A stretch of DNA of 64,000 bases, taken from assembly GCA_020137815.1 (NCBI GenBank), contig CM035352.1:1736001-1800000 (forward strand). The letters run 5' to 3'. A model generated the notes under the pieces. It searched no databases and was not told the DNA's origin. It saw only the letters and a program-made list of their open reading frames with translations. Below, piece by piece: positions 12,598 through 25,100 of the stretch. Both the position numbers and the translations under genes were made by a program. Source of the DNA: Hormiphora californensis (lineage: Eukaryota; Animalia; Ctenophora). Within the stretch, counting starts at the first letter, position 1, and each line of letters starts with the position of its first letter.

Positions 12598-15500
12598 ATG
12601 GAACGTAGAAGGCAGCCTCTCCGAAACTCTAAAACCAAGGCCCAATCGGCTACTGAAATCAATGAAATCATTGGAGAATCTTGGGAATCCGAAGATATGG
12701 AGGAGTTTTATCCACGATCCCTCCTGAAAACAGAACCGATCGAACCACCACCCATAAAAACAGAGCCAGTTTCCGGGTGTTGCAATCACTGTGGAAACAG
12801 GTCATCACGCCTTGTTGAAGTTGCCATCCAAACTGAGACAATCAATCTCCAGGAATCAGGAACCCAAACTGTCGGTCATGATGAGCAGATCCAGATCAAG
12901 CAAGAGAGAGTAGATGAACCAGGTGTTGTGTGTGAAAGTCAAACTAGTGTGCCAGTCATCACAACAAGTGTATATTCTGTTGGACAGAACGTGAAAAAGG
13001 AGGCTTATGCTCCTGAATCTGGAGACATGGCTGAGTTAGTAACGGTAAAAGTAGAACCCGGGCTAGAACAGGATAGTGATGATGTACCTACTTTATTATC
13101 GTCTGCACCGTCTCAAGTTGGTTAGTAGTTTTTGGGAATTCCCTTTCTTTGGTTGACCTTCGTTTCCCACGGTTACAAGCTTTGAGATTGTTTTTAATCA
13201 AATCTATTTTCAGTTAACTTCCCCCTGCAATCTCCAGGAGAAGGAAAATCCCGATTCTAGTGGTTCTCAAGAAGAGACGACGTCATTGAGTGAAGAACAG
13301 CAACTTGTAGAGAAACATCGGCCACACAAATGTGAGCAGTGTGATAAAAGATTTACTCGAGCTGACCATCTAAAAACGCATTATATGATTTCTCATTCGG
13401 ATGATCGACCTCACAAATGTGAGGACTGTGGAAAAGAGTACGCCCGAATTCATCACCTCAATAGGCACAAAATGATTCACAGTAGTGTAAAGCCTTACGA
13501 ATGTGAGGACTGTGGAAAAACATTTTCTGATTCAAGTCACCTCAAAAGACACAAAATGATTCATTCATCGAAGCACACAACGGAAAAATCATACAAATGT
13601 AAGGATTGTGGGAAAACCATTGAATACAGTATTGTCACTTTCATCTCATTCACTTTGGGCAATTCGCTGTCCTTTGTGTCGCTCCATGCATTGAGATTTT
13701 TTTAAATTTAACTAAACTCTCTTTTCAGTTAATTTACCTCTGCAATCTTCGGAGAAGGAAAATCATGGTGATTCTCAAGAAGGCATTACGCCATCCGATG
13801 ACTCCATGTGTGAACAACAACTTTTAGAGAAATATCGACCACACAAATGCGAGAAGTGTGATAAAAGATTTGCTCGAACTGACCGACTAAAAGAACATAT
13901 GATTTCTCATTCGGATGATAGGCCTCACAAATGTGAGATCTGTGGAAAAGAGTATGCCCGACGTTATCACCTCACGAGGCACATGGTGGCTCACCGTACG
14001 AGGCCGTACGAATGTGAGGACTGTGGAAGGAAGTTTTCTGATGCAACTCACCTGAAAAGACACAGAACGACTCATAAAGTGATGCACGCGATAGCAAGAG
14101 TAAACAAAGGTAAGCAGTGAAGAAAAAAAAATGGTAAAGTCACCAAAGATTTGCGAAAATTTTGGCTAAAGTACTGATAAGATCAAGGATTTTGGGCAAG
14201 CACAGCAAGTGCACACTTCCTATCCTTTTTCGTCATTGTTTCGTTACACCAGTTACACCAGTTACAAAATTGAAACCTGATATCAGTTTTCAGTGAAAAC
14301 TGGTGTCAGGTTCTCTTTGGAGTGCTGACACGCTACTTTCAATGCAATTCACACCGATCACGTGATCGAAAATTACGCACGCGGCATGGCTCACCAGGAG
14401 TGTCCCAGCTGTCCAGAGAAACTGATGTCAGGTTTCAATTTTGTAACTGGAGCGTAATATATACAAATGTACCTATGTTTTTTGGTTTTATGCGATAATC
14501 AGAACAATATCTCAAAATAGAAGTCACTCCAAATAAAATTTCTGCTCATGAAAATGTATCTGACTAAAAAAGAGTTGAAGTTTTTATTTGCCATTCCAGG
14601 TGCTCCATACCCAAACCCTACTCAACTCAGCTATAAGGGTGTATCCGCTGCTACTAAAACAAGGTGTACTGGTTGCACGATTGAAGCTAAGTTGAAATTA
14701 GGAAGGAGTCTAAACTCTCTTGGGAAAGTCAGATCTATTTGTCTTCAATCTTCAATCTTCAAAATAGTTTGACCAGTCATGTCGAGACATCCACATTATA
14801 AATAAACGCTTCAGCCTCTCTGAACTCATTCGGCTTTGTAACTAGAAGTCCGTGCCCCGGCTAAGGGCATAGTCCAACAAGGAGTTTCCATGAACACTCG
14901 AGTACCCCCTGGTTGGTGGTCTATCAGCAATGCCCCTGAGGTACCCTCCCAGTACAACCTTGAGTTCATCGATATTCCCGGCGTCCTTGACACATTTAGG
15001 AAGAGTGTTCCATAGTTTCGCCCCAAGAACCGAAAAAGAGTTTTCAAACATAGTGGACGCCGACCTTTGTGCCCCATGATTGAATTTTGGGATCACTGCC
15101 CGTGCCCCGTAACGAGGGGTGTCCTTGAAATCAAAACCGGGTCCGTTTGGGGCTAGTCCCTTACAGATTTTGAACATGTGGATAAGGACATAGCGCTCCC
15201 TGCGCCTCTGCAGGGACTGTAAATCAAGGAAAGCAAGTCTCTCCCAGTAGTCCAAGTTTTGACACCCTAGGATACGCCTGGTGAAATTTCGCTGCACCTG
15301 CTCCAGTTGGGCAATTTCACCAACCGATGACGGGTTCCAGACTGCAGAACAATATTCCAGGATTGGGCGAACAAGTGTTTTGTAAAGAGTCATCATTACC
15401 TTAACTGATCTGCATTTGAACGCCCCCAGAATCCAGTTTGCAACCCTTGATGCCGATGCAGATACCTTTTCGATCTGTGGCTTCCACGACCCATCCTCTG

Positions 15501-18500
15501 ACAGGAGAACACCAAGATCCTTTACAACCGGGGAAGATGTCAAACATACTCCACTAGGGGTCTCATAAGAGAGATAGCCCGCTGTAAAAGGAAGCTCCCG
15601 CATTAAGTTGTTGGAGCGTGGTGAATAACGCACCAGCTCAAACTTATCGTCGTGGAGTGTCATGTTGTTTAACACCGACCAATCCACCACGTTACACAGA
15701 TCCTCCTGTAGATTTGCATGATCTAGGATTCCTCTGATAACTTTAATGATCTTCGTATCATCGGCAAAAGTCAAAGCATCCGAAAAACTCAGGGATGATT
15801 CAAGGTCAATGACATAGACCAAGAAAAGTACGGGCCCCAGGACACTCCCCTGCGGGACACCGCTTAAAACCTCCTTGAAGCTCGAGAAAACCTGGTCAAC
15901 AGTAACAGTCTGAACACGATCCTGTAAAAAGTTCTTGATCCACTCCAGCAGTTTTCCTGACACACCATATTTCTCCAATTTGGACACTAAGACCCTGTGA
16001 TCGACCTTGTCAAACGCCTTTTGATAGTCTAGATAGATCACATCGACCTCATCACCATCACTTACTGCACGCAAAACCCGGTCGAGATGTTCTATAAGCT
16101 GGGTCAAACAGCTACGGTTTCTCCTAAAACCATGTTGCGACTCATTCAAGATACCACACGTCTCGAAGTGGGTAATGAGCCATGCACGTACCACTCTCTC
16201 AAAGCATTTGATGATATTTGACGTCAGCGATACAGGCCTGTAGTTGCCAACCTCGGATCGGGAACCCTTCTTGAAAATTGGAGTGATGAATTGTCGCTTA
16301 AGACAGCTAGGGACAACACCCCGATTAAAGGAATCCCTCCACAGCAAAAACAGAGGGTACGACAAAGCTGATCGGCACCGGTGGAGTATGCATGATGGTA
16401 TATCCCCCGGTGGGCCAGCAGAGAAGGGATCGAGCAGCTTGAGAGCTGCCTCGATAGAAGATGGAGTGAATTCGATGTCAGATAAAGTTGGTCCTGCAAA
16501 GGATATACTCCCTACTGCATCTTCCACCACGACTCGTCCGGGATCACTGAAGACTGATAGATACTGTTCCTGTAGTAATTCGGCCTTTTCCCCAGGATCC
16601 TCTGCCAGAGTCCCATCCGCCCTTTTCAAAGGAGGAATACGTGACTTTGTTTTCCTCCTATCATTTGTGTAAGTCCAGAAAAATTTAGGGTTGCTCCTAA
16701 TAATCTCCACAGCACGCTGTTCCTCCTGGTCCATTCGCCTGTTAAGATAGTACCTGATTTCCAGGGCCACTCTCGCAACTCGCCTCTCCAACTTTGCAAT
16801 ATGCCCAGCATATGAGTTGGCATTCTTTAGCCTTGGAGATTTCCCGGTTTAACTTTTTCTGCTTCTTCTTTAGCCGTTTCAGCATTGGGTCTTTCCTCGC
16901 AATACCACGTCTCTTGACCTTGGCATACCGAGATACGATCTGCAAAATCACCTCTGAGATTCGCTGTACAATGTCCGACCCGTCTCCGTCTCTACAGTAG
17001 CCATCCAGGACACCGTCCCAGTCTACACCTTGTAGTTCGGCATTGACTGCCTCGAAGTCAGCAGAATGGATATCAAGTCCAGCGAAGCCCTGCATATTCC
17101 TCGCTGGCCTCCCCCTGACCGGCTCAAGCCCAAATCCCAGCACACACTGGACAACTGAATGGTCAGAGATGTTAAGGTCCTCCACCCCAACTGAAGCACA
17201 ATACTCCTCCCTGTTAGTGAGTATGATATCCAAAGTATTCTCCCCTCTAGTAGGTTCGTGCACCATTTGAGATAGAAAGTATTTATCCCCAAACTCCAAA
17301 AGCTCCGACTCCCTTGAGTCTAAGGAAAAATGTGTTGACCAGTTAATACCCGGGCAGTTGAAATCCCCCAGAATGTAAACGTCGGGAAAAACCTGGTCAG
17401 ATGAGTGTTTTTCGATGAAGGTTTGTAGCCGGTGAAGGATCGAAGACATTTGGGAACCTGGGGCCCGATAGACAGATGCCAGCACCATATGTGATTCTGC
17501 AACGTAGGCTGCAGCAATGTTGGACCAACTGTCACTCCAAATATATTCATCTGTGGGTGTCACTCTCTGGTTCACGTAGAGTGCACATCCACCTCCCTTA
17601 CGGGACTTCCTATCACTCCTAACTACTGAAAAACCAGGTATTTCTACCTGGGCCTCGGTAAACTCCTCTTTCCACCAAGTCTCCGTTACGGCTGCTGCCA
17701 AAACGGGAACAGAGGAGTTGCTCACCATATCAGTCAAATAGGAGAGTTTCCATCGACAGTCACTCGTGGCAGCGGGAGTTAGACTCCTGGCGTTGAGCAA
17801 AACCAGTTTTGAGACCGTTTATTATGTCCCCGTACGACACGTTTCTGCTCATCGGCGTGGAGCCCGCGGGTGTTCCCTTTGACCGTCAGTGCCGGGGAGC
17901 TGCGATGTCGGAATCGTTCCAATTCCCCAGGTGGGCTGAGGACCGCACGGATCTCTGCCATTTCCTCCCTTAGTAGTTTCTTCATTACCCCCAGCATCTC
18001 TTCCATCATCCCATCCCGAAGGGTACCCATGGTAGTCAATAGAAAATCCTGGTCTACCAGACCCGTTTTCGTGTTGTTGCCGTTCTTGTTGGGTTTCGGT
18101 TTGGGATCGGCCTTCTTCTGGGTTTTGCTGTTACTGGATGTTCCGGCATTCCCCTTATCCAGATCAGTAACTACAGGTGGGGTAGGTTTCCTGCGAGTGC
18201 TTTTCAAATGGATCCTATCACAATCAGGGTCAAGACACTGTCTCTTGATCTCCGAGTTCCTGCAAATTGGGGGGTGGAAATATTTGCAGTCTTTGCCCTT
18301 GGAGCAACCCCCTCTCTTGATGGTTCCCTGTGATACGTATCTGGTACAAGAAACTGGGTGATTCTTCGAACAGGCGACCCCATTTACAAGTTTATCACCC
18401 TTTCTCCCGTGAGGGCAAGCTTTCTTCTTGTACGCTTCACACACATTTTCAAACTTAGAGCTGGATTTTCCTGGCTTCTTATCGCCCTTTTCCTCGCTCG

Positions 18501-20966
18501 TTTTCTCCCCATCTCCATCAGGAGCAGAATCCTTCCCCTCTAGTTTGAGTGTCAGATCCCGGCGATTTGGCTGGTTGTCACCTCCAATTACCGGCGTGAT
18601 CGCTTCCTCATCGATCGGGGCTTTCTTCTTTCTTCCACGTTTTCCTTTCTTCTCTTGGACCGGACTGATCTTGTCCTGAAATTCAGTGTCCGAACTCTCT
18701 CCATCTGCAGCCGCCTTATCGTCTGATTCCCCGTAAGTGTAACCTGGGAAAGCCTCGAGACGATTTTTACGAGCACAGGGATGGCATAACCAAGAAAGCC
18801 CTGGCACCTCCACGTTTAGTTTCTCTAGTGCTTCGTATGCCTCCAAGAAAGGATCGCAGTCGTGGCTGCCTTGTCCACACACTCTGCATCTCATCTTTGG
18901 TTCGGATAGTCTATCAACTTGATATTCCTTACCGCAGGAGCCGCAGTCATACACAAACAAAACGGATATGTTCATGATCACCCACTCTGCCAGTGTTGTC
19001 CGGGAACCATATCGCTTCCTTCCATCAATCAAGGGCTTCAACCCGAGTAGGGTGCATGCCGCGACAAGGGCTTTCTCCGGGAGTTTCCGCAAGGTATCCA
19101 AGTTACCCTCAAACGAGCCCTCAAGATCATACGCGTTGAGAACTTTCAAAGCGTTGGGATTGTTGACGGCTAGGTTTAGTAGTTCCCCTAGGATAATGTC
19201 ATTTTCCTTGAGATTTCCGGTAGACATGGACATAGCCATAGTTACATAGGCTATATCCTACAGTGGAAGATTTGAAACGCACAGGCGCGCGCTCAAATTA
19301 ATTTGTTTAAAGTAGTGTTGAAAAGTTTGAAAGGCATGTGGGACTACTATGTGCTCTGCCAAGCACTTGATAAAGATTTGCGATTTGTGTTTTGACAGGG
19401 CGACAGGTTGTTTTGTTCAAACAAGGCAAGCGACAGGCTAGTTTATCATTTGAGAGCCGGACCAGATAAAATTTATAATTTGAAAAGCGGAAGTTGTAGT
19501 ATAAAACATATCATTGTGATACTAAATCTTGTTAATCTAGCTATCAACATGATCGACAATGAAAATACGATACTATTATATTTTTTTATGTTTACACTGA
19601 TTTCTTAATCAATGTTAATCAAACTGAACATTTGGAGTGATTTCTATTTTGAGATATAATTCTGATGATTAATTGCATGGAACTTTCAATAACAAAACAA
19701 CTAGATTTCTATTATTACAAGCTCCAGCGTAGGTTAACCTGTCGAGTATTTTCGCCAATTTCTCTTTACAGATCAAGTTGATGAATAAATAAGCTTGTTT
19801 TACCCAAGAATTAGCCCTATATTCGTTAAAATGTCCAAGTATTGCGTATCATACTTATCATCCCCGTGAACGACAGACTTAGAGTCCGTAAAATTTTAGT
19901 TTGACGAATTTGGTCTAGAAACAATTACAAAGGAAATCTATTTTCAGTGAATTTGCCCCTGCAATCTCCAGATAAACAAACCTCCAATTCTGGTGATTCT
20001 CAAGAAAAGATCGGTCTAGCGGCGACGACCCAATCTGAGCGCCTTGTTGATCAGAACCTGTTGAGAGTCGAAACTGGCGCTGAAATACAGGAAGAGATGC
20101 AATCTCCGGAGAAGGAATATCCCGATTCTGGTGGTTCCCTTGAAGAGATGTCGTCATTGAGTCAAGAACAGCAACTTGTAGAGAAACGTCGGCCATACAA
20201 ATGTGAGAAGTGTGATAAACGATTTACTCGAGCTGACCATCTAAAAATGCATATGATTTCCCATTCGGATGATAAGCCTCACAAATGTGAGGACTGTGGA
20301 AAACAGTTTGCCCGACGTTATCACCTCAATAGACATATGGTGGTTCACAGTAGTGTAAAGCCTTACGAATGTGAGGACTGTGGAAAAAAGTTTTCTGACC
20401 CATGTCACCTCAAAAGACACAAAATGATTCACAGTGGTGCACAGCCTTACGAATGTGAGGAATGTGGAAAGAAGTTTTTGGACCCGAGTCACCTCAAAAG
20501 ACACAAAATTATTCATTCACTGAACGCCATGGAAGGTCACACAAGAGACAGAGAGAAGCCGCACGAATGTGAGGAATGTGGAAAGAAGTTTTCTAGTCCA
20601 AGTTCCCTTGAAAGACACAAAACGAGTCACATAGTTCGGATGAAGCAAAGGACTTACAAATGTAAGAAGTGTGGAAAAACCTTTACCCAGCACGGTGATC
20701 TCTCTAAACACATGAAGGTCCACATAAACCAAGAACCTCAAAAGTGCGAGGTGTGTGGGAAAGTGTTTTATCAACCAGAGGATTTCCAAGCTCATATGAG
20801 GATCCACACAGTTGATCGTCCATACAAATGTGAGGATTGCGGGAAGACGTTCGTTTTTGTCAATCATCTAAAGTTTCACAAGAAGATTCACGCTGGAAAG
20901 GGACCTGGTTACCCAGCACGGAAACCTCAGGTAACCACGACAACCCCAGGGCCAGGGAACTCGTAG
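12598..20966 (+). CDS. C2H2 zinc-finger protein: N-terminal exon 12598-13121 plus three paralogous ZnF exons (13214-~13628, 13729-14109, 19948-20966)
   Basis: CxxC..HxxxH arrays with HSxxKPYEC linkers; all three exons start ttttcag|t(t/g)aa(c/t)tt.cc.ctgcaatct in phase 1; phase-1 donors at 13122 and 14110; +1 frameshift early in the first ZnF exon. Confidence 0.8.
14258..14450. mobile_element. Small MITE
   Basis: ccagttacaaaattgaaacctga...tcaggtttcaattttgtaactgg inverted ends. Confidence 0.7.
14842..17852 (-). CDS. LINE ORF2: AP endonuclease + reverse transcriptase, with two single-base frameshifts
   Basis: LNARSL, VTETW, GGGCALY, GDFN, LDIIL, SDH; NYRPVSLTS, QHGFR, YLDYQKAFD, GVPQGSVLGP, FADD, KDLGV; probable ATG at 17852 (MSRNVSYGDIINGLK-LVLLNARSL after removing one A). 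Confidence 0.9.
17779..19239 (-). CDS. LINE ORF1 with PHD-like finger and tandem CCCH-like fingers
   Basis: CGSC..CRVCGQGSHDC..WLCHPC; C..CPH..CSKNH, C..C..CKYFH, C..C..CDRIH; lies upstream of ORF2. Confidence 0.85.
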   Translation of the reverse strand: MAMSMSTGNLKENDIILGELLNLAVNNPNALKVLNAYDLEGSFEGNLDTLRKLPEKALVAACTLLGLKPLIDGRKRYGSRTTLAEWVIMNISVLFVYDCGSCGKEYQVDRLSEPKMRCRVCGQGSHDCDPFLEAYEALEKLNVEVPGLSWLCHPCARKNRLEAFPGYTYGESDDKAAADGESSDTEFQDKISPVQEKKGKRGRKKKAPIDEEAITPVIGGDNQPNRRDLTLKLEGKDSAPDGDGEKTSEEKGDKKPGKSSSKFENVCEAYKKKACPHGRKGDKLVNGVACSKNHPVSCTRYVSQGTIKRGGCSKGKDCKYFHPPICRNSEIKRQCLDPDCDRIHLKSTRRKPTPPVVTDLDKGNAGTSSNSKTQKKADPKPKPNKNGNNTKTGLVDQDFLLTTMGTLRDGMMEEMLGVMKKLLREEMAEIRAVLSPPGELERFRHRSSPALTVKGNTRGLHADEQKRVVRGHNKRSQNWFCSTPGV

Positions 20967-21277
20967 TTATGTCTTGTGAGTGTGTTCTGCTTTAGGTAGA
21001 AAATGTGTGTAATGAACTTTTTACAGTTCTTGTCAGCTCAGCTTTTTTAAATTTATATTATTTTTCTATATTCTATTTTTTTATAAGCACACATGAATGT
21101 AAAACTTTTCTAATTAACCTAAATTATTAATCATAATTATAAATTGAAACTGTGTTTTCCTCTCCAACACGCCCCCGCTTCTTTCTTTTCACGACCCCCT
21201 GACCCCCTCCCCCCTCCGCTCCTTTCTTTTCACGACCCCCTCTTCAACTCTCAATATATATTCCATGTGTAGCTAAC

Positions 21278-21959
21278 ATGCCAGCGAGAAGTGTGCCACT
21301 CCAAGAGGTCAAGTCGATGTCCATCAAATCAAGACGATACTATTGGTTGATAAAGGGTGGCGTGATAGCAATGTTCGGTATCATGTCCAAGATGCTGTAC
21401 GATGTGTGGGCTTACGACGATGTGTAAGTTTATTATCAAAACTCGGAATTTAAGTTTGAACAGATCGTTTCCTCTGAGAATTGTTCGCATTTTATCGATC
21501 ACATAATACATAATTCAATAATTCTTGATATTTTATCGATCCCCTGCTGTACAGGAGTATGAGGAGAGATTCCCTGGAGATGGAGAAGACGATGGGAAGT
21601 TGGAGCAAACGATTCTGGAGAATGTGAGTATGAATCTGTCAAAGCATTGGCCTGACAGGAACGAATTGAAATATTATGAGTCGAATGAATTGGTGAGATA
21701 AATAACTTGACCACCTAACAAGTCCATTTTCGCAAGGAAGTGATAGCTCTGTCAAGAATATCCCATTTTGGTAATTACACCTCCCAGTTCCTTCTAAAAC
21801 TCCCCCATTCTCCTCCGTATTAGGATTCACTGGCAGGCATCGCTTCACGTAGATAACACTATGGAGGATAGAATTCTGAAAGCGTACAAGGAAGTAGAGA
21901 GGGAGAAGATACTCAAAGAAAAAGCCAGAAAACTGGTAACTGAGACAACTGATAATTGA
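21278..21959 (+). CDS. Unannotated 116-aa single-TM protein; exons 21278-21423, 21555-21623, 21824-21959
   Basis: Strong gtaagt and gtgagt donors, polypyrimidine acceptors, consistent phase 2-2 open frame: MPARSVPLQEVKSMSIKSRRYYWLIKGGVIAMFGIMSKMLYDVWAYDDVSMRR...EREKILKEKARKLVTETTDN*. Confidence 0.75.
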
Positions 21960-22178
21960 GGACGAATGACCTTGGTGTAGTTATCAAGTTGGATTCATAA
22001 ATCATGATGGGAGATGGAGAGTCGGAGACAAGGACCGAGCCAGCTGGAGTATGGATACCCTATTGAAGACAAATCAAAGACTGTGATGTTTTATAGTTAA
22101 CTTGTTACCGTTTTCCTTTTTTTTCTTGTTCTATATCTCACCTCTAACCAAGACCCCTGCTAGAAGCTCTATGACAGT

Positions 22179-25100
22179 ATGGACCTCTACTCGGCAAAGT
22201 GCCGAGAGCTTCTGGAGGGTGGCGTAGACCTGACAGATGATGTAGTGAAAAGTTTTATAAAGGAGCACTCCGGGTTAGACCTTACTGCACCCGAGTTGGA
22301 AATAGATGATAAGGACCAGTGGGTTAACAGTGCCCCTATCTCGATACACGGTACAATAAATAAATGACATTTTAATTCACCCACCGTGGTGCTCCGTCAT
22401 CGATTGAGCATCCACTAACCGTTGTTCCATCATATTCTTTATGGCTACAGATATATCTCTTGTGCAGGTGAAAATAAGACGGGAGGGTATGTTCTTCTTG
22501 ATTTCTTTACCTACTGCTGTATAAACTGTATGCACATTCTACCTGCACTTCACCACCTCGAGCAAGATGATTCCCTTACCGTCCTAGGAGTTCATTCGGG
22601 GAAATTCAAAAATGAAAAGGATGCAACGAATATTTTGAAGTAAGTTTAAGAGAGAGAAGTGTGGAGTTAGCTCGTTATGTGTGATTATGATCTTTTCGTG
22701 TCGATCTCATTTTGCGTCATGAAGAAAACGTGCTATTGTGCTTCTATTTGTACGTGCTTTTGAACTATTCATTAGTTCTACGTGGTATGAATATGGTATG
22801 AATATGAATATGATAGTGGTTCATTTAGATTTTTAGGGGTTGAGAAATGAAGGAGAGCGCGGGTCATGAATATCTTTACGAACATATCTCTCTTTCCCGG
22901 AAATCTAATTCCAATCTGTCGAAAGCTGATCACATTGCTCCGATAACTGACATTTATAGATGAACTTCCCTAAACACCAAAATGGCAATTTCCCTGTACT
23001 GTAGAATGTTCTAAATCAATTTCCCAGAAACAAGCACAGATCACCTACTAAGAACATTTAGGGACATATTCAATTCCAATCTGTCAAAAACTGATCAAAT
23101 TGCCCCCTTTCTCGTCAGCAGTAACTGACGTTCGATAAAATGTAGCCCCAAAAACAACAAAAAGCAATTTTCTCCACAAATGAAAAGACCTTTCCCATGT
23201 GAATTCGTGTGACTACAGCTGTCTCACAATCTTTGTGGGACCTTATATATTTCGAACTTCAGTTAACTAGTTATTGTGACAAGACGCTGTATCGAATGGC
23301 CATTTCATATTGGAATGGTATTGCAGATATAATAAGTTTCAAAATTTTCAGCGCGATAGAGAGGTATGGCATAACACATCCTGTTGTGAACGATAGGGAT
23401 TACAAGATTTGGACTTCCTACCAAGTTATCTGCTGGCCTACCCTCGTTCTTATTAACCCACAGGTATCTGGTATATCGAGCACCTCAGAAGGTATCTAGC
23501 ACCTCAGAAGGTATCTAGCACCTCAGAAGGTATCGAGCATGACACTCAGAATCAGAAGGACCCTGTGGTTCAGTCACGGATCAAACCCGTTGTTTTCTTG
23601 TCGGTATCCAACAATTATTTTCTACATTATCATCCATCCTTCCCCTTGCTAACTTACAAAGAAAGTGATCGAGTGGGAGAAAGAGCGCGAAAGAATGAAA
23701 GAGAATGAGGGCATGTATGTTAGCTATGTCTGGGATATTCAAACTAAAACCCTTCAAGGAGACATTGACAGTTCAAGCTTTTGACAACCTTTATCATCCC
23801 TTGAGCCACCTGACACAATTCATCTCAGGGGAGGATAATGCTGATAGCTATTGGAGAATCTCAGATAGATCGAGTGTGTCAGTTTATCAGGAACACCCTC
23901 CGGATCTTTCCTGCAGGGGATACCGGCCCATCTGTAGCAGTAGTCCACCACCGTGGTGGGGAGGATGGGTCACATATCAGGTGTGTAGCAGTAGTCCACC
24001 ACCGTGGTGGGGAGGATGGGTCACATATCAGGTATGTAGCAGTAGTCCACCACCGTGGTGGGGAGGATGGGTCACATATCAGGTATGTAGCAGTAGTCCA
24101 CCACCGTGGTGGGGAGGATGGGTCACATATCAGGTATGTAGCAGTAGTCCACCACCGTGGTGGGGAGGATGGGTCACATATCAGGTATGTAGCAGTAGTC
24201 CACCACCGTGGTGGGGAGGATGGGTCACATATCAGGTATGTAGCAGTAGTCCACCACCGTGGTGGGGAGGATGGGTCACATATCAGGTATGTAGCAGTAG
24301 TCCACCACCGTGGTGGGGAGGATGGGTCACATATCAGGTATGTAGCAGTAGTCCACCACCGTGGTGGGGAGGATGGGTCACATATCAGGTATGTAGCAGT
24401 AGTCCACCACCGTGGTGGGGAGGATGGGTCACATATCAGGTATGTAGCAGTAGTCCACCACCGTGGTGGGGAGGATGGGTCACATATCAGGTAATTCCGA
24501 TCGTTTTCAGGTACCCCGGAAAAGTACATTATGATGTGGAATCCAACTCTATCTTTGTATCAGGAACTGCTGCTGGTAAAGGACGTGTGTTGCAGGTATT
24601 AATTCTGCAGAATTCCTATATAATATCTCTTACGTACGTGCAATATCCTGAAGAAGCCCCCGATGTAGTTTGTATGTGGGTCATAAACTCTAAATCAACT
24701 TCTACCCATATAATGCCTTTGCAGTTAAACACGGATGGAGTGATTATCAAAACTATAACAGGCTCATTGGTTGCCCCTCAAGGGCTCTGTATCCATGGTA
24801 ACCGACTCTATGTGTGCGATACAACCACCCATAGGATCCTCTCGTACAGCCTCGATCAGGGAGAGGAGGAGGTGGTGTGTGGAACTGGGCAGCAAGGCAA
24901 GGATTTAGAGGGAGGAAAACCAGGTAAATAGATAACGATCCGAATAAATTAACTTTTGAAGATGCGCTCCGTGATTCGCCTCATCTACTTGATATTATTG
25001 ATCTGTAACGACTCAACTACAGCTCATTTTCCTAACCCGTGGGCGGTGCGAGAGGGTCAAACGAGACATTTCTTGTTAAAATAATAGAAAAATGGTGGTT

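Larger units (their letters stand above)
14743..19330 (-). mobile_element. Apparently full-length CR1-group non-LTR retrotransposon
   Basis: ORF1 plus APE-RT ORF2, 3' (TTGAAGA)n tail at 14743-14762, no TSD; boundaries fixed by the interrupted piggyBac reading frame. Confidence 0.9.
14447..19733 (+). mobile_element. Internally deleted piggyBac-like element retaining only the transposase C-terminal Cys-rich domain; interrupted by a LINE
   Basis: Inverted repeats ~14447-14535 vs ~19629-19730; right end ...cgtagg|TTAA; joining 14742 to 19331 gives TRCTGC...KVRSIC|KACGTTMCSAKHLIKICDLCFD. Confidence 0.75.

Noticed and set aside
16224-19249. Antisense and alternate-frame ORFs within the LINE
   Set aside because: Shadow ORFs of the long coding frames
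23705-24931. 408-aa and 216-aa ORFs with [11 protein letters not shown] / DPSSPPRWW repeats
   Set aside because: Alternative-frame translations of the 51-bp array inside NHLRC2
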